NCBI GenBank assembly: GCA_031368105.1
Contig: JANLQY010000121.1
Coordinates: forward strand, 7,975 to 71,974
DNA from: Chitinophagaceae bacterium
GTDB taxonomy: Bacteria; Bacteroidota; Bacteroidia; Chitinophagales; Chitinophagaceae
Direction: 5' to 3'
Length of the DNA: 64,000 nucleotides
This document shows positions 55,207 to 63,875 of this stretch, piece by piece (position 1 is the first letter of the stretch; every line of letters begins with the position of its first letter). A model generated the notes under the pieces. It was not told the origin of the DNA. It did not search any database and saw only the letters and a list, made by a program, of their open reading frames with translations. A program made the position numbers and the translations under genes.

Positions 55207-55283
55207 ACCAATTAGGAGGAATTAGGTATGAAATAAACCGATTTTTTAAATAAAAGTGGGAAAAGTTCATTTTTCAAATATCA

Positions 55284-55306
55284 TAAAAAAACCGCCTTTC
55301 GGCGGT
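55284..55306 (-). terminator. Rho-independent terminator after the 154-aa gene
   Basis: On the minus strand, ACCGCC-GAAA-GGCGGT is followed by TTTTTTT. Confidence 0.8.
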
Positions 55307-55328
55307 AGATTTATAAAGTTATAAGATA

Positions 55329-55793
55329 TTATTTTTTGCGCCTGCCTCCGGGAAAACGCTCTCTTAAATCTTCATAAATAACTTTTGCCCCAGGCTCGTT
55401 TAGCTTGGCAGCTTGTTTTACATTGTTGTAATAAGACAGGCTGGCAATATATGCCTCGCTGCCGGAGAGCATCATGCTGTCGCCAATGTTGGTATATAAC
55501 TGACCAGAGAGATCATACAGCGGCTTTAATACTTCCACCCCTACGTAATCAACCTTTAATTCGGGCACATCTAAAAATTTGGGACAAAACTCCGGATTGG
55601 TATCCGAATAGCTCACCACTTTGCCTACATAGGCCACTGTTTTATCACTCATTTTTGCAATTTCTTGCCGCTCTGCGGGAGTAAGCTGCTCAAGATAAGG
55701 TGCCAGCAGGGTAATGGTTTTAATGATGTTGTCCCTGGCTTCTGCCACCACGGCTGGTGGAATTTTTAAGCTGATTTGAGAATTTTGGCTCAT
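55329..55793 (-). CDS. Hypothetical protein (154 aa) embedded in the kinase array
   Basis: It is a clean ORF with its own terminator. It reads MSQNSQISLKIPPAVVAEARDNI...LTPAERQEIAKMSDKTVAYVGKV...DSMMLSGSEAYIASLSYYNNVKQAAK. It is predicted helical and soluble. No family name recalled. Confidence 0.6.
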   Translation of the reverse strand: MSQNSQISLKIPPAVVAEARDNIIKTITLLAPYLEQLTPAERQEIAKMSDKTVAYVGKVVSYSDTNPEFCPKFLDVPELKVDYVGVEVLKPLYDLSGQLYTNIGDSMMLSGSEAYIASLSYYNNVKQAAKLNEPGAKVIYEDLRERFPGGRRKK

Positions 55794-55815
55794 AATAAAA
55801 TTGTTTTAAGTTGTA

Positions 55816-55835
55816 CAGCGGCGATATTGCCGCTG
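55816..55835 (-). promoter_or_regulatory. Stable hairpin in the leader of the 154-aa gene
   Basis: CAGCGGC-GATATT-GCCGCTG (7-bp GC-rich stem) lies ~20 nt upstream of the start codon. No U-tract follows on the minus strand, so it does not look like a terminator. Confidence 0.3.
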
Positions 55836-56087
55836 AGACTACTAATTTACAATTCATTTACAAATCATTAACAATTAGAATAAAAAATATTTTTTGCATG
55901 TTGAAAAAATGTGAATTTTTTCATTTGTAATGTTTCTGGTTCATGATAGCATTTACAGATGCTGCACCGGGTATTTCAGTTGCAGAAAAAGTATTTATAC
56001 TAACGGCCTGCATTCAGTTATCAATCTTTAAGAATTTAATCAGGGGTTTCGGCTGATAGCGGCTGAATTAAAAAAAATTAGCAGCTT

Positions 56088-58118
56088 TTATGTACAGGGC
56101 AATTGTATAATAAATGTTGAACCCTCACCTTCTTTCGTCTCCACTCTCAATTCTCCTCCATGCCCCTTGGTTACAATATCATAACTCAAACTCAATCCCA
56201 ATCCCGTTCCCTGCCCGGTGGGCTTGGTGGTAAAGAAGGGTTGAAATATTTTGTCTAATACTTTTTGTGGGATGCCGTTACCGTTATCGGCTACTTTAAT
56301 TTCAACCTTATCTCCTAGTTTCTTTGTGCTTATAGAAACAGTGGGTTCATAGTTTTCTATCTCAGCTTTCTTCTTCTCATCTACAACATAAAAAGCATTG
56401 GTGAGCAAATTCAAAACAACTCTTCCAATATCCTGCGGAATGATATTGATGTTGCCGATTGAATTATCAAAATCAGTTTTCATCGTTGCATTAAAGGTTT
56501 TGTCTTTAGCCCGTAAGCCATGATAACTTAACCGTAAATATTCATCACACAAAGCATTAATGTCGGTTGGTTCTTTTACACCACTGCTGCTGCGGCTGTG
56601 TTGCAACATTCCTTTTACGATTGCATCGGCACGTTTGCCATGGTGATTTATTTTTTCTGAGTTGGATTCAATATCGTTTGCAAGAGCTGCCACTTCATCC
56701 ATGTTGCCCTTAATTACTTCACTCCTTAATTCCTTAATTAATTCTGCATTCACTTCACTAAAATTATTTACAAAATTCAACGGGTTTTGAATTTCATGTG
56801 CAATGCCTGCAGTAAGTTCACCGAGGCTGGCCATTTTTTCGGATTGGATCAATTGTTTCTGAGTAGCCTTTAATTCATTAAGCGTTCTCTCTATCTCGCT
56901 ATTTTTCTCCTGTAGTGTTAGATTTGCTTTTTGCTTTTGACGATTGTTGCGGTAAAGTAAGAATCCAATAGTACTAAATACGGCAATCAATGCTATGATG
57001 GCAATTGTTTTTAAGTTACCCTCCTTTTCAATTCTCTTTTGTTCCTGTTGCTGTAAATCTAATTGCTGATTGAATGCCGCCACCTGGAATTCCTGGAGCC
57101 TTTTCTTTTCTATGCTGCCAACACGATCATTTAATAATGTAGCCAGTCTTAAATAAGCAAAAGAACTGTCTGTATTGTTTTGGTCATGATAATAATCTGA
57201 GATCATCCGGTAAGCAATTGTTTTTTCTTTTTCGTAGCCACCCAGTGTAAATGCTTCAATGGCTTTTTTGGCATAAAGAAAAACCGAATCTGCTTCTTTT
57301 AACGACTGATAAAGATTGGCTAACTGAAGACATGCATTTCCCGTATGCCGGGGATTATCGTGCTGCTCACTAACCTGGATGGCTTTTTGGTAATTTTCCC
57401 TGGCAATATCAGTATTTCCCATTTGCTCGTAGATCGTTCCTATGGATGAGTACGTGCCGCCTTCAAATTTTCTATCATCAAAAGTTAACTTTGTATAATA
57501 ATAAAGTGACTTCTGCTGATAGAAGAGGGCTGAATCAAACTTCTTCAGTCTTAAATAATAATCACCTATATCAGGGTATAGTCCAGCAAGGTTAAAAGTG
57601 TCTCTTACGGATTCTAAACGTGTAATTGCTTCATGGGCAATAGCAATTTGCTTTTCATAGTTACCGGCATAGAGGTACAGGCTCTCAAGGGCAGAATATA
57701 GTATGCCGATTACAATACGCCGGTACATTTGCGGTGTTTGTCCTTTTTGCAGATTCCATGTATTTTTTTCGTTAGAAGGATCTTCGGCAATTTTCAATCC
57801 CTGGTTTATTACCTTAAGTGCCTCGGGATAATTTCCCGTCTTCATGAGCGGCCAACCCATAAATGCCAACATCTCAGCCCTGTTCAATTGTAAGTCGAGT
57901 TTTTCGGCGATAGCTATACCCTTGTTACAATAATACAGACCACTATCAACGCTTATATCGTCGTATAATCCCCCCAACATTGAGTAAGCAGCCATACGGA
58001 CTGTATCATTCGCTGCAAGCTGAAGTATCAGATAGGTACTGTCTATTTGCCGCCGGGTCTGAGCTTTGCCTAATGCCGGCAATAATAAAAGCAACACTAT
58101 TTTCAGTAATAATTTCAT
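56088..58118 (-). CDS. Sensor histidine kinase: signal peptide, TPR-like domain, one TM, HisKA, HATPase_c
   Basis: It starts MKLLLKIVLLLLLPALGKAQ. The TM is TIAIIALIAVFSTIGFLLY. The core is nearly identical to the other paralogs. Confidence 0.9.
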   Translation of the reverse strand: MKLLLKIVLLLLLPALGKAQTRRQIDSTYLILQLAANDTVRMAAYSMLGGLYDDISVDSGLYYCNKGIAIAEKLDLQLNRAEMLAFMGWPLMKTGNYPEALKVINQGLKIAEDPSNEKNTWNLQKGQTPQMYRRIVIGILYSALESLYLYAGNYEKQIAIAHEAITRLESVRDTFNLAGLYPDIGDYYLRLKKFDSALFYQQKSLYYYTKLTFDDRKFEGGTYSSIGTIYEQMGNTDIARENYQKAIQVSEQHDNPRHTGNACLQLANLYQSLKEADSVFLYAKKAIEAFTLGGYEKEKTIAYRMISDYYHDQNNTDSSFAYLRLATLLNDRVGSIEKKRLQEFQVAAFNQQLDLQQQEQKRIEKEGNLKTIAIIALIAVFSTIGFLLYRNNRQKQKANLTLQEKNSEIERTLNELKATQKQLIQSEKMASLGELTAGIAHEIQNPLNFVNNFSEVNAELIKELRSEVIKGNMDEVAALANDIESNSEKINHHGKRADAIVKGMLQHSRSSSGVKEPTDINALCDEYLRLSYHGLRAKDKTFNATMKTDFDNSIGNINIIPQDIGRVVLNLLTNAFYVVDEKKKAEIENYEPTVSISTKKLGDKVEIKVADNGNGIPQKVLDKIFQPFFTTKPTGQGTGLGLSLSYDIVTKGHGGELRVETKEGEGSTFIIQLPCT

Positions 58119-58127
58119 CTGATTAAT

Positions 58128-61100
58128 TTAAGCATTTGGTAATTTGATTATGAACTCTGAACCTGCCTGTCCGTCCCGATTGCTATCGGGAAGGCCTTCT
58201 CCATCTTTACTGTTTACAGTTATTTCACCCCCATGCGCTTTTATAATATCATAGCTCAAACTCAAACCCAGTCCTGTTCCTTGTCCTGTGGGTTTGGTGG
58301 TAAAGAATGGCTGAAATATTTTGTCTGCTATTTTTTTAGGAATGCCGTTGCCATTGTCAGCAACTTTAATTTCAGCCCCCCTGCCCCCCGAAGGGGGGGT
58401 CAAAAGCCTTGTACTAACGGTAACAATTGGCTCATAACCGGGAATGTTTAATTTCTTTTTTTCATCCACCACATAAAAAGCATTTGTTAATAAATTCAAA
58501 ACAACTCTTCCAATATCCTGCGGAATGATATTGATGTTGCCAATTGATGTATCAAAATCCGTTTTAATTGTTGCATTAAAAGATTTGTCTTTTGCTCTTA
58601 ACCCATGATAACTCAACCGTAAATATTCATCACACAAAGCATTGATGTCGGTTGGTTCTTTTACGCCACTGCTGCTTCTTGAGTGCTGTAACATTCCTTT
58701 TACAATCGCATCAGCACGTTTGCCGTGGTGGTTTATTTTTTCCGAATTGGATTCAATATCATTTGCCAGTGCAGTCACTTCATCCATGTTGCCCTTAATT
58801 ACTTCATTCCTTAATTCCTTAATTAATTCTGCATTCACTTCACTAAAATTATTTACAAAATTTAAAGGGTTTTGAATTTCATGTGCAATGCCTGCAGTGA
58901 GTTCACCGAGGCTGGCCATTTTTTCGGATTGGATCAATTGTTTCTGGGTAGCCTTTAATTCAGTCAATGCATCTTCTGCTCTTTTCTTTTCTGTTTGCAG
59001 TTTTATTAAATCCTGTTCGGCCTGGCGGCCATATTGCATAGCCAGTTCAACATCAGTATACCGCTGGTAGGTAAGTTCAAATACATTTTTAAAACGCTTC
59101 AATACATTCATCGCCTCTTCATTCAATGGAGTATAAGTACAAAAACCTAATCCGCCCGGGCCTATGGAATAATAATAATAATTAAGAAAAGTGGCTGCAT
59201 CCAGTTTGGGTGCAGGCCGTTGAATTAAATTTTTCAAATGATTACGCCAGTCATCCAGCTCGGCACCTGTAACTGTTATAGAAATAAATTCTTCTTTATT
59301 CTGCCGCATTTTTTTGGCCAGCGATGCAATAAAAGGGTGACTGTTGTATAATATTTCGCCAACGAAACTGATACCATTATTATAGTAATCGTAATTCATG
59401 TAACTCCCTTTGGCATCATTGGCAATGGCAACTTGTGTGTTGCGGATATTTTCAAAACCGAGATGCTGCAGTTCTGTCAATAATGTTTTGCAAACTTCAA
59501 TCAGCTCTTCTGATTTACGCATAATCATTGCCTGCGAACGTATGCGTTCCAGCGAAGCTTCTATTTGAGCTTCTCTTGCCTGTGCTTCTGCCTGTTTCAA
59601 ATCATTAAACCGGGTATAGGTTAAATCAAAAACTTTTCCAAACCGGCTTAAAATGTCGAGTTGTTCATCTGAAAGCTGCACTGGCCCAGAGGCTTCTATG
59701 AAACCAAAATTATTGAACGAGCCCGAAATAATTGTATGTGTTGATGATAAAATTCCGGTTTTCACTGCTTCACTAAGTTGGGAAAGTTCTGTTTCATGCA
59801 GCAGCATTTCATCAATTGATTTTTTTTCATTTCCCTCCAGTACATAAACCCATTTAGGATTTTTTTCTTTCCATCCATTTATAATTGCTTTGTAGTAAGG
59901 ATGATTCAATTGTTTGATAAAAAAACTTTCTGCATTTTTTTTATCTTCTGAATTGGCCATCCATATCCTTGCTGATAAAGTACCAGGATTAAAAATCCAG
60001 ATGATACAGCGGTACAGGATTAAATTAAGTTTTGTGAGCTCTTCAAATAATACAGCTACTAATTCACTTAGCTCTTCAGATTTTTGCATGGCCATAGCTC
60101 TTGCTCTCACTCTTTCCAGTCCCAATTCTATCTGCCCCTCCCTTGCCTGCGCTTCGGCTTTTTGCAGATCGAGAAAACGGGTATAGGTTCTTTCAAATTC
60201 TATTGCAAAGCGTCGGAGTATCTTTTTTTCTTCCTGGTTTAAATCTAGTTGTACCATTACACCAAAGCAGCCATATTTCATAAATGCTTCTACATAATAT
60301 AATCCGCCACGGAAATTTTCAGGTGTTAATGTCTCAACGCCATTGATCAGTTCCTGCCAGGCGGCAAAATAATTTTCCACTCCTTCAGGTGGTACAGCGT
60401 AGGAAACAACAGGCTCATCGCTTTTCCAATCAATGAGACATTGCTTAGTAGCAGGTTCATTCCTGTTGAGCGGATAATTAATGGCTTTATTTTTAAAAAC
60501 GATTGAACCGTTTTCATTCTCTTGCCAGATAGCCCAGAAGATGTGTTGTTTTTTCTCTTCATCAGGCAGCCATAAAAAAGAAAATGCTGAATGGATACCA
60601 AGCAACTGAACCTGTTCGTGAAAAACCCGTAAGGTATCATCCAGCTCTTTTGAATGCTGCATAATCATGCTTTGTGTACGGGTACGTTCCAATGCGGCTT
60701 CAATCTTTGCTTCTCTTGCCTGTGCTTCTGCTTTTTGCAGATCAAGGAAACGGGTATAGGTTTGCTGGAATACTTTTCCAAACCGCATCAGAATGGCATT
60801 CTCTTCATCTGTATAAATAGTACCCGAAAAATTTTCGATGTACAGGCCAACATTTTCTAACAATATAGTAGATGCCCCAAGGCCCGGGCAACTAAAATAA
60901 AATTCCTTCGCTTGTTCCGTCAATCCGGGGATATGCTTTAAAAGATCCTGGTAGAATTTGTTTTTTTCTTCAAAATTCAGATGAGTGGCAAAGAAATCCA
61001 TTCCCTTTTCTTTTGCTTCATTATAACAAATTCCCCATACAGAATCGAAATAAGGAACTGTTATCTCAGCCGGAACTTCGTGCTTGTCAGCTATCCAAAA

Positions 61101-62447
61101 ATGCCAATCACTCTTTGCCTTATAATCCACAACAAATCCTGTATGTTCGATGTGGATATTTAAGTGAACGAATTGTTCATACACCACCTGAATTACCTCT
61201 TTGAGCTCTTCACTTTTTTGCATAGCCATGGAACGGCTTCTTACTTTTTCTAATGCTGTTTCAATCTTTGCTTCTCTTGCCTGTGCTTCTGCTTTTTGCA
61301 GATCAAGAAAGCGGGTATAGGTGCCGTCAAATACTGCGGCAAACCGCTCTAATAATTTCATGGTTTCTTCTGTCCTTGGGTCGGGTGTAGAAATAGAAAT
61401 TAAACCTTTTGAAAAGATCCCTGCATGTACAAACCTATGCCCTTGCAAATCTTCCTGCTTTACCGGAAGTCCGCTTAATTCACTTCTGTAATGCACATAG
61501 TCTTTCAATTCTTTACCAGTGAGATGTATAATAACAGATTTTTTTTGTGCTGCCCATGCAACAAATAGTTTATGCATTAATGTGGGTTCATCAATGCTTG
61601 CTTTATGCAACGTGTTGCCCTTCTTTCCCTGTTGTGTAATATGAAATTCAATAATACGGTATTCTTCATTCATAATACCGATCGTGATTTGATTAGGCGC
61701 TTCACCTAATTCTTTAAACTGCTGAAAAAGAATAGCGGCAGTTTCAGCCAGCTCCTCACTTTTTTGCATTGCCATGGTTCTTGCTCTCACCCTTTCTAAT
61801 GCCAATTCTATTTGTGCTTCTCTGGCCTGTGCTATCGCCAGTTCAATATCCATAAACCTGCGGTAAGCCAGTTCAAATACATTGCGGAAGCGTTTGAATA
61901 AATTAATCTCTTCTTCATTCAAAAAAACATAAGTGGATATACCCAATGCCACAGGGCCAAGTGAATACCAGTAATAACAAAGTGCTGCTGCTTTTTCTAA
62001 ATAAGTATCAGCAAACTGGTTGGTTGTTTTTTGATATTCATACCATGTTTTCACTTCTTTTCCTTCTATGAAAAGTGTAAACAGTTCTTCTGCACCCGTC
62101 AGCATTTGCACGGCAAACTTCTTTTGCAGTTCATGGTTTTTGTAATCTACTTCAGTAACCAGGAGTTTATCATGCTTTGCATAATATTCATAATTAAGAT
62201 AAGTGCCTTTGCTGTCATAGATGATAGCTGTCTGCACATTCCTGATTTCTTTTACATTGAGCAATTCCAGTTGTTGTGAAATGATTTTACAAACACCCAG
62301 CATATCGGCCGGTTCTTTCATGGATAATGCAATGGCTCTTACTTTTTCTAAAGCAGTTTCAATTTCCAGTTCCCGGTTTTTTGCTGCCAGCTCTTTTTCA
62401 AGTGCTGCATTTCTGGCTGTGAGCAATTGTTCCTGTTTACTGTTCAT
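58128..62447 (-). CDS. 1439-aa soluble multi-module sensor histidine kinase (six ~190-aa repeated sensor modules, HisKA, HATPase_c)
   Basis: There is no signal peptide or TM. An N-terminal coiled coil is followed by six modules, each ending in L.RF..VF..TY.RF and a conserved helix (LDLQKAEAQAREAKIE.ALE.VR...M.MQKSEEL). The shared kinase core then follows. Confidence 0.9.
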   Translation of the reverse strand: MNSKQEQLLTARNAALEKELAAKNRELEIETALEKVRAIALSMKEPADMLGVCKIISQQLELLNVKEIRNVQTAIIYDSKGTYLNYEYYAKHDKLLVTEVDYKNHELQKKFAVQMLTGAEELFTLFIEGKEVKTWYEYQKTTNQFADTYLEKAAALCYYWYSLGPVALGISTYVFLNEEEINLFKRFRNVFELAYRRFMDIELAIAQAREAQIELALERVRARTMAMQKSEELAETAAILFQQFKELGEAPNQITIGIMNEEYRIIEFHITQQGKKGNTLHKASIDEPTLMHKLFVAWAAQKKSVIIHLTGKELKDYVHYRSELSGLPVKQEDLQGHRFVHAGIFSKGLISISTPDPRTEETMKLLERFAAVFDGTYTRFLDLQKAEAQAREAKIETALEKVRSRSMAMQKSEELKEVIQVVYEQFVHLNIHIEHTGFVVDYKAKSDWHFWIADKHEVPAEITVPYFDSVWGICYNEAKEKGMDFFATHLNFEEKNKFYQDLLKHIPGLTEQAKEFYFSCPGLGASTILLENVGLYIENFSGTIYTDEENAILMRFGKVFQQTYTRFLDLQKAEAQAREAKIEAALERTRTQSMIMQHSKELDDTLRVFHEQVQLLGIHSAFSFLWLPDEEKKQHIFWAIWQENENGSIVFKNKAINYPLNRNEPATKQCLIDWKSDEPVVSYAVPPEGVENYFAAWQELINGVETLTPENFRGGLYYVEAFMKYGCFGVMVQLDLNQEEKKILRRFAIEFERTYTRFLDLQKAEAQAREGQIELGLERVRARAMAMQKSEELSELVAVLFEELTKLNLILYRCIIWIFNPGTLSARIWMANSEDKKNAESFFIKQLNHPYYKAIINGWKEKNPKWVYVLEGNEKKSIDEMLLHETELSQLSEAVKTGILSSTHTIISGSFNNFGFIEASGPVQLSDEQLDILSRFGKVFDLTYTRFNDLKQAEAQAREAQIEASLERIRSQAMIMRKSEELIEVCKTLLTELQHLGFENIRNTQVAIANDAKGSYMNYDYYNNGISFVGEILYNSHPFIASLAKKMRQNKEEFISITVTGAELDDWRNHLKNLIQRPAPKLDAATFLNYYYYSIGPGGLGFCTYTPLNEEAMNVLKRFKNVFELTYQRYTDVELAMQYGRQAEQDLIKLQTEKKRAEDALTELKATQKQLIQSEKMASLGELTAGIAHEIQNPLNFVNNFSEVNAELIKELRNEVIKGNMDEVTALANDIESNSEKINHHGKRADAIVKGMLQHSRSSSGVKEPTDINALCDEYLRLSYHGLRAKDKSFNATIKTDFDTSIGNINIIPQDIGRVVLNLLTNAFYVVDEKKKLNIPGYEPIVTVSTRLLTPPSGGRGAEIKVADNGNGIPKKIADKIFQPFFTTKPTGQGTGLGLSLSYDIIKAHGGEITVNSKDGEGLPDSNRDGQAGSEFIIKLPNA
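58174..58191 (+). repeat. Perfect 7-bp-stem palindrome inside the kinase C-terminal coding region
   Basis: TCCCGAT-TGCT-ATCGGGA lies within an 11-residue insertion (LPDSNRDGQAG) that is absent from the other paralogs (DGEG[LPDSNRDGQAG]SEFIIKLP versus KEGEGSTFIIQLP). Confidence 0.6.
58375..58399 (+). repeat. GC-rich mirror-arm + hairpin element embedded in-frame in the kinase CA domain
   Basis: GCCCCCC-TG-CCCCCC-GAA-GGGGGGG encodes (antisense) TPPSGGRGA. It has the same architecture as the intergenic elements at 4775, 7419, 32545 and 32631. Confidence 0.6.
59569..61868 (-). repeat. Intragenic ~53-nt repeat recurring every ~545-570 nt (encodes the inter-module helix)
   Basis: Copies start near 59569, 60139, 60709, 61270 and 61815. 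The stretches 60702-60761 and 61262-61321 differ at only 2 positions over ~60 nt. Confidence 0.8.
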
Positions 62448-62516
62448 GTTATTATTAAATGAGTTGGAATGAAGGATAATAATATGCTTGCTGCTGTATT
62501 TTACAGTTACAGAAAG

Positions 62517-63875
62517 TTACTCATCTTTTTTGATGTTAGCCTTTTCCAATTCTGCCGCAATTTCCTTCATCACTTCAAATTGTATCTTTTTATCCTTAAT
62601 CATTTTCATTATTAAAAAAATAAAAGCAAGAATTAAAATAAACAGGCTGATGCCAATAATTTCTTCTTTTGATAAATTGGAAAGCAGCCAGATGATTATT
62701 GCAGTGGCAATTAACGGAATGGTAATGCCTCCGGGAATGGTAAATGTTTTTTCAGCAGCGGCCAATTTTTTAAACCGAAGTTTTATGGTGGCCATTACAA
62801 CACCGAAGTAAATTAATAAGGTGGCAGCGCTTGATAAAATAATGAGTTGCTTTAACCCTCCCAACAGGGCTAACAAAAAACCCAATGCTGCATACACAAT
62901 AATGGCAACATGCGGTGTAAGAAACTGCGGATGTACTTTAGATAAAAATTTTGGCAAAATACCATTTCTTGCACCAGCATATAATATTCTTGGGGTGGCC
63001 AGTATTTCTCCGCTAAGAGCCCCCAGCATGGATATAGCAGTTCCGGCAACGACCAATGTAATACCGAAATTTCCAAAAACTATTTTTGAAACAGCAGCAA
63101 GTGGCGCTTCTTTAAAAGCAATCAACTGATCTCCTAAAACTCCCTGGGTAATTAGTTGAATGGCTATGTAAAGAATTAATACAAACGAAAGCCCCGATAA
63201 AATTCCTAACGGAACTGTTTTGGCTGGATTTTTAAATTCGCCGCCATTGGTTACCGCATTTTCAATACCGAGGAATGCATAAAATAAAATAAGCGTTGAA
63301 GTGCCAACATTATTTATTGTAAGCGAATGCTTCCATTGTAAATTCTCTGCCGAAATATGCCCGGTGCCAAAAGCAATCAACAATAAAAGCGGAATGAGTT
63401 TGGCAATAGTGGCAATTACAATAAACCTGACACCTTCCTTTGCACCACGAACATTAATGAAAGCCAACACGCCAAACAGCAGTAAAAAAAATACTGGCCG
63501 AAAAACTGCGGAATCTATGAAAGGGAAAAAAAGACTTCCTGTTTTTACCAATGCATTGGCTATTGCCGCATCCGACAAGACACAGGAACCAAACCAAAAT
63601 ATATTGTTGGCTAAAAACCCGGCAAAGGAGCCAAAGGCAGTTTCAATGTAAGCGTATGTACCGCCGCTAACAGTTACTTTACTGCCCACTTCAGCAAAAC
63701 ACAGAGCAATTAAAAATATCAGCAGGCCGCAAATAAAAAAACAAACAATGGCAGCAGCTCCTAAATTTTCGGCCACCAGTGCAGGCAATACAAATATGCC
63801 GGTACCAACAGTGATATTGATAACAGCACAGGCCAGCCCAAAAACTCCAATGGTACGTTTCAGGTTTTCCTGCAT
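62517..63875 (-). CDS. APC-superfamily amino acid permease
   Basis: The 452-aa product has ~12 TM helices. The N-terminal pattern is FGLACAVINITVGTGIFVLPA...FAEVGS. Confidence 0.88.
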   Translation of the reverse strand: MQENLKRTIGVFGLACAVINITVGTGIFVLPALVAENLGAAAIVCFFICGLLIFLIALCFAEVGSKVTVSGGTYAYIETAFGSFAGFLANNIFWFGSCVLSDAAIANALVKTGSLFFPFIDSAVFRPVFFLLLFGVLAFINVRGAKEGVRFIVIATIAKLIPLLLLIAFGTGHISAENLQWKHSLTINNVGTSTLILFYAFLGIENAVTNGGEFKNPAKTVPLGILSGLSFVLILYIAIQLITQGVLGDQLIAFKEAPLAAVSKIVFGNFGITLVVAGTAISMLGALSGEILATPRILYAGARNGILPKFLSKVHPQFLTPHVAIIVYAALGFLLALLGGLKQLIILSSAATLLIYFGVVMATIKLRFKKLAAAEKTFTIPGGITIPLIATAIIIWLLSNLSKEEIIGISLFILILAFIFLIMKMIKDKKIQFEVMKEIAAELEKANIKKDE

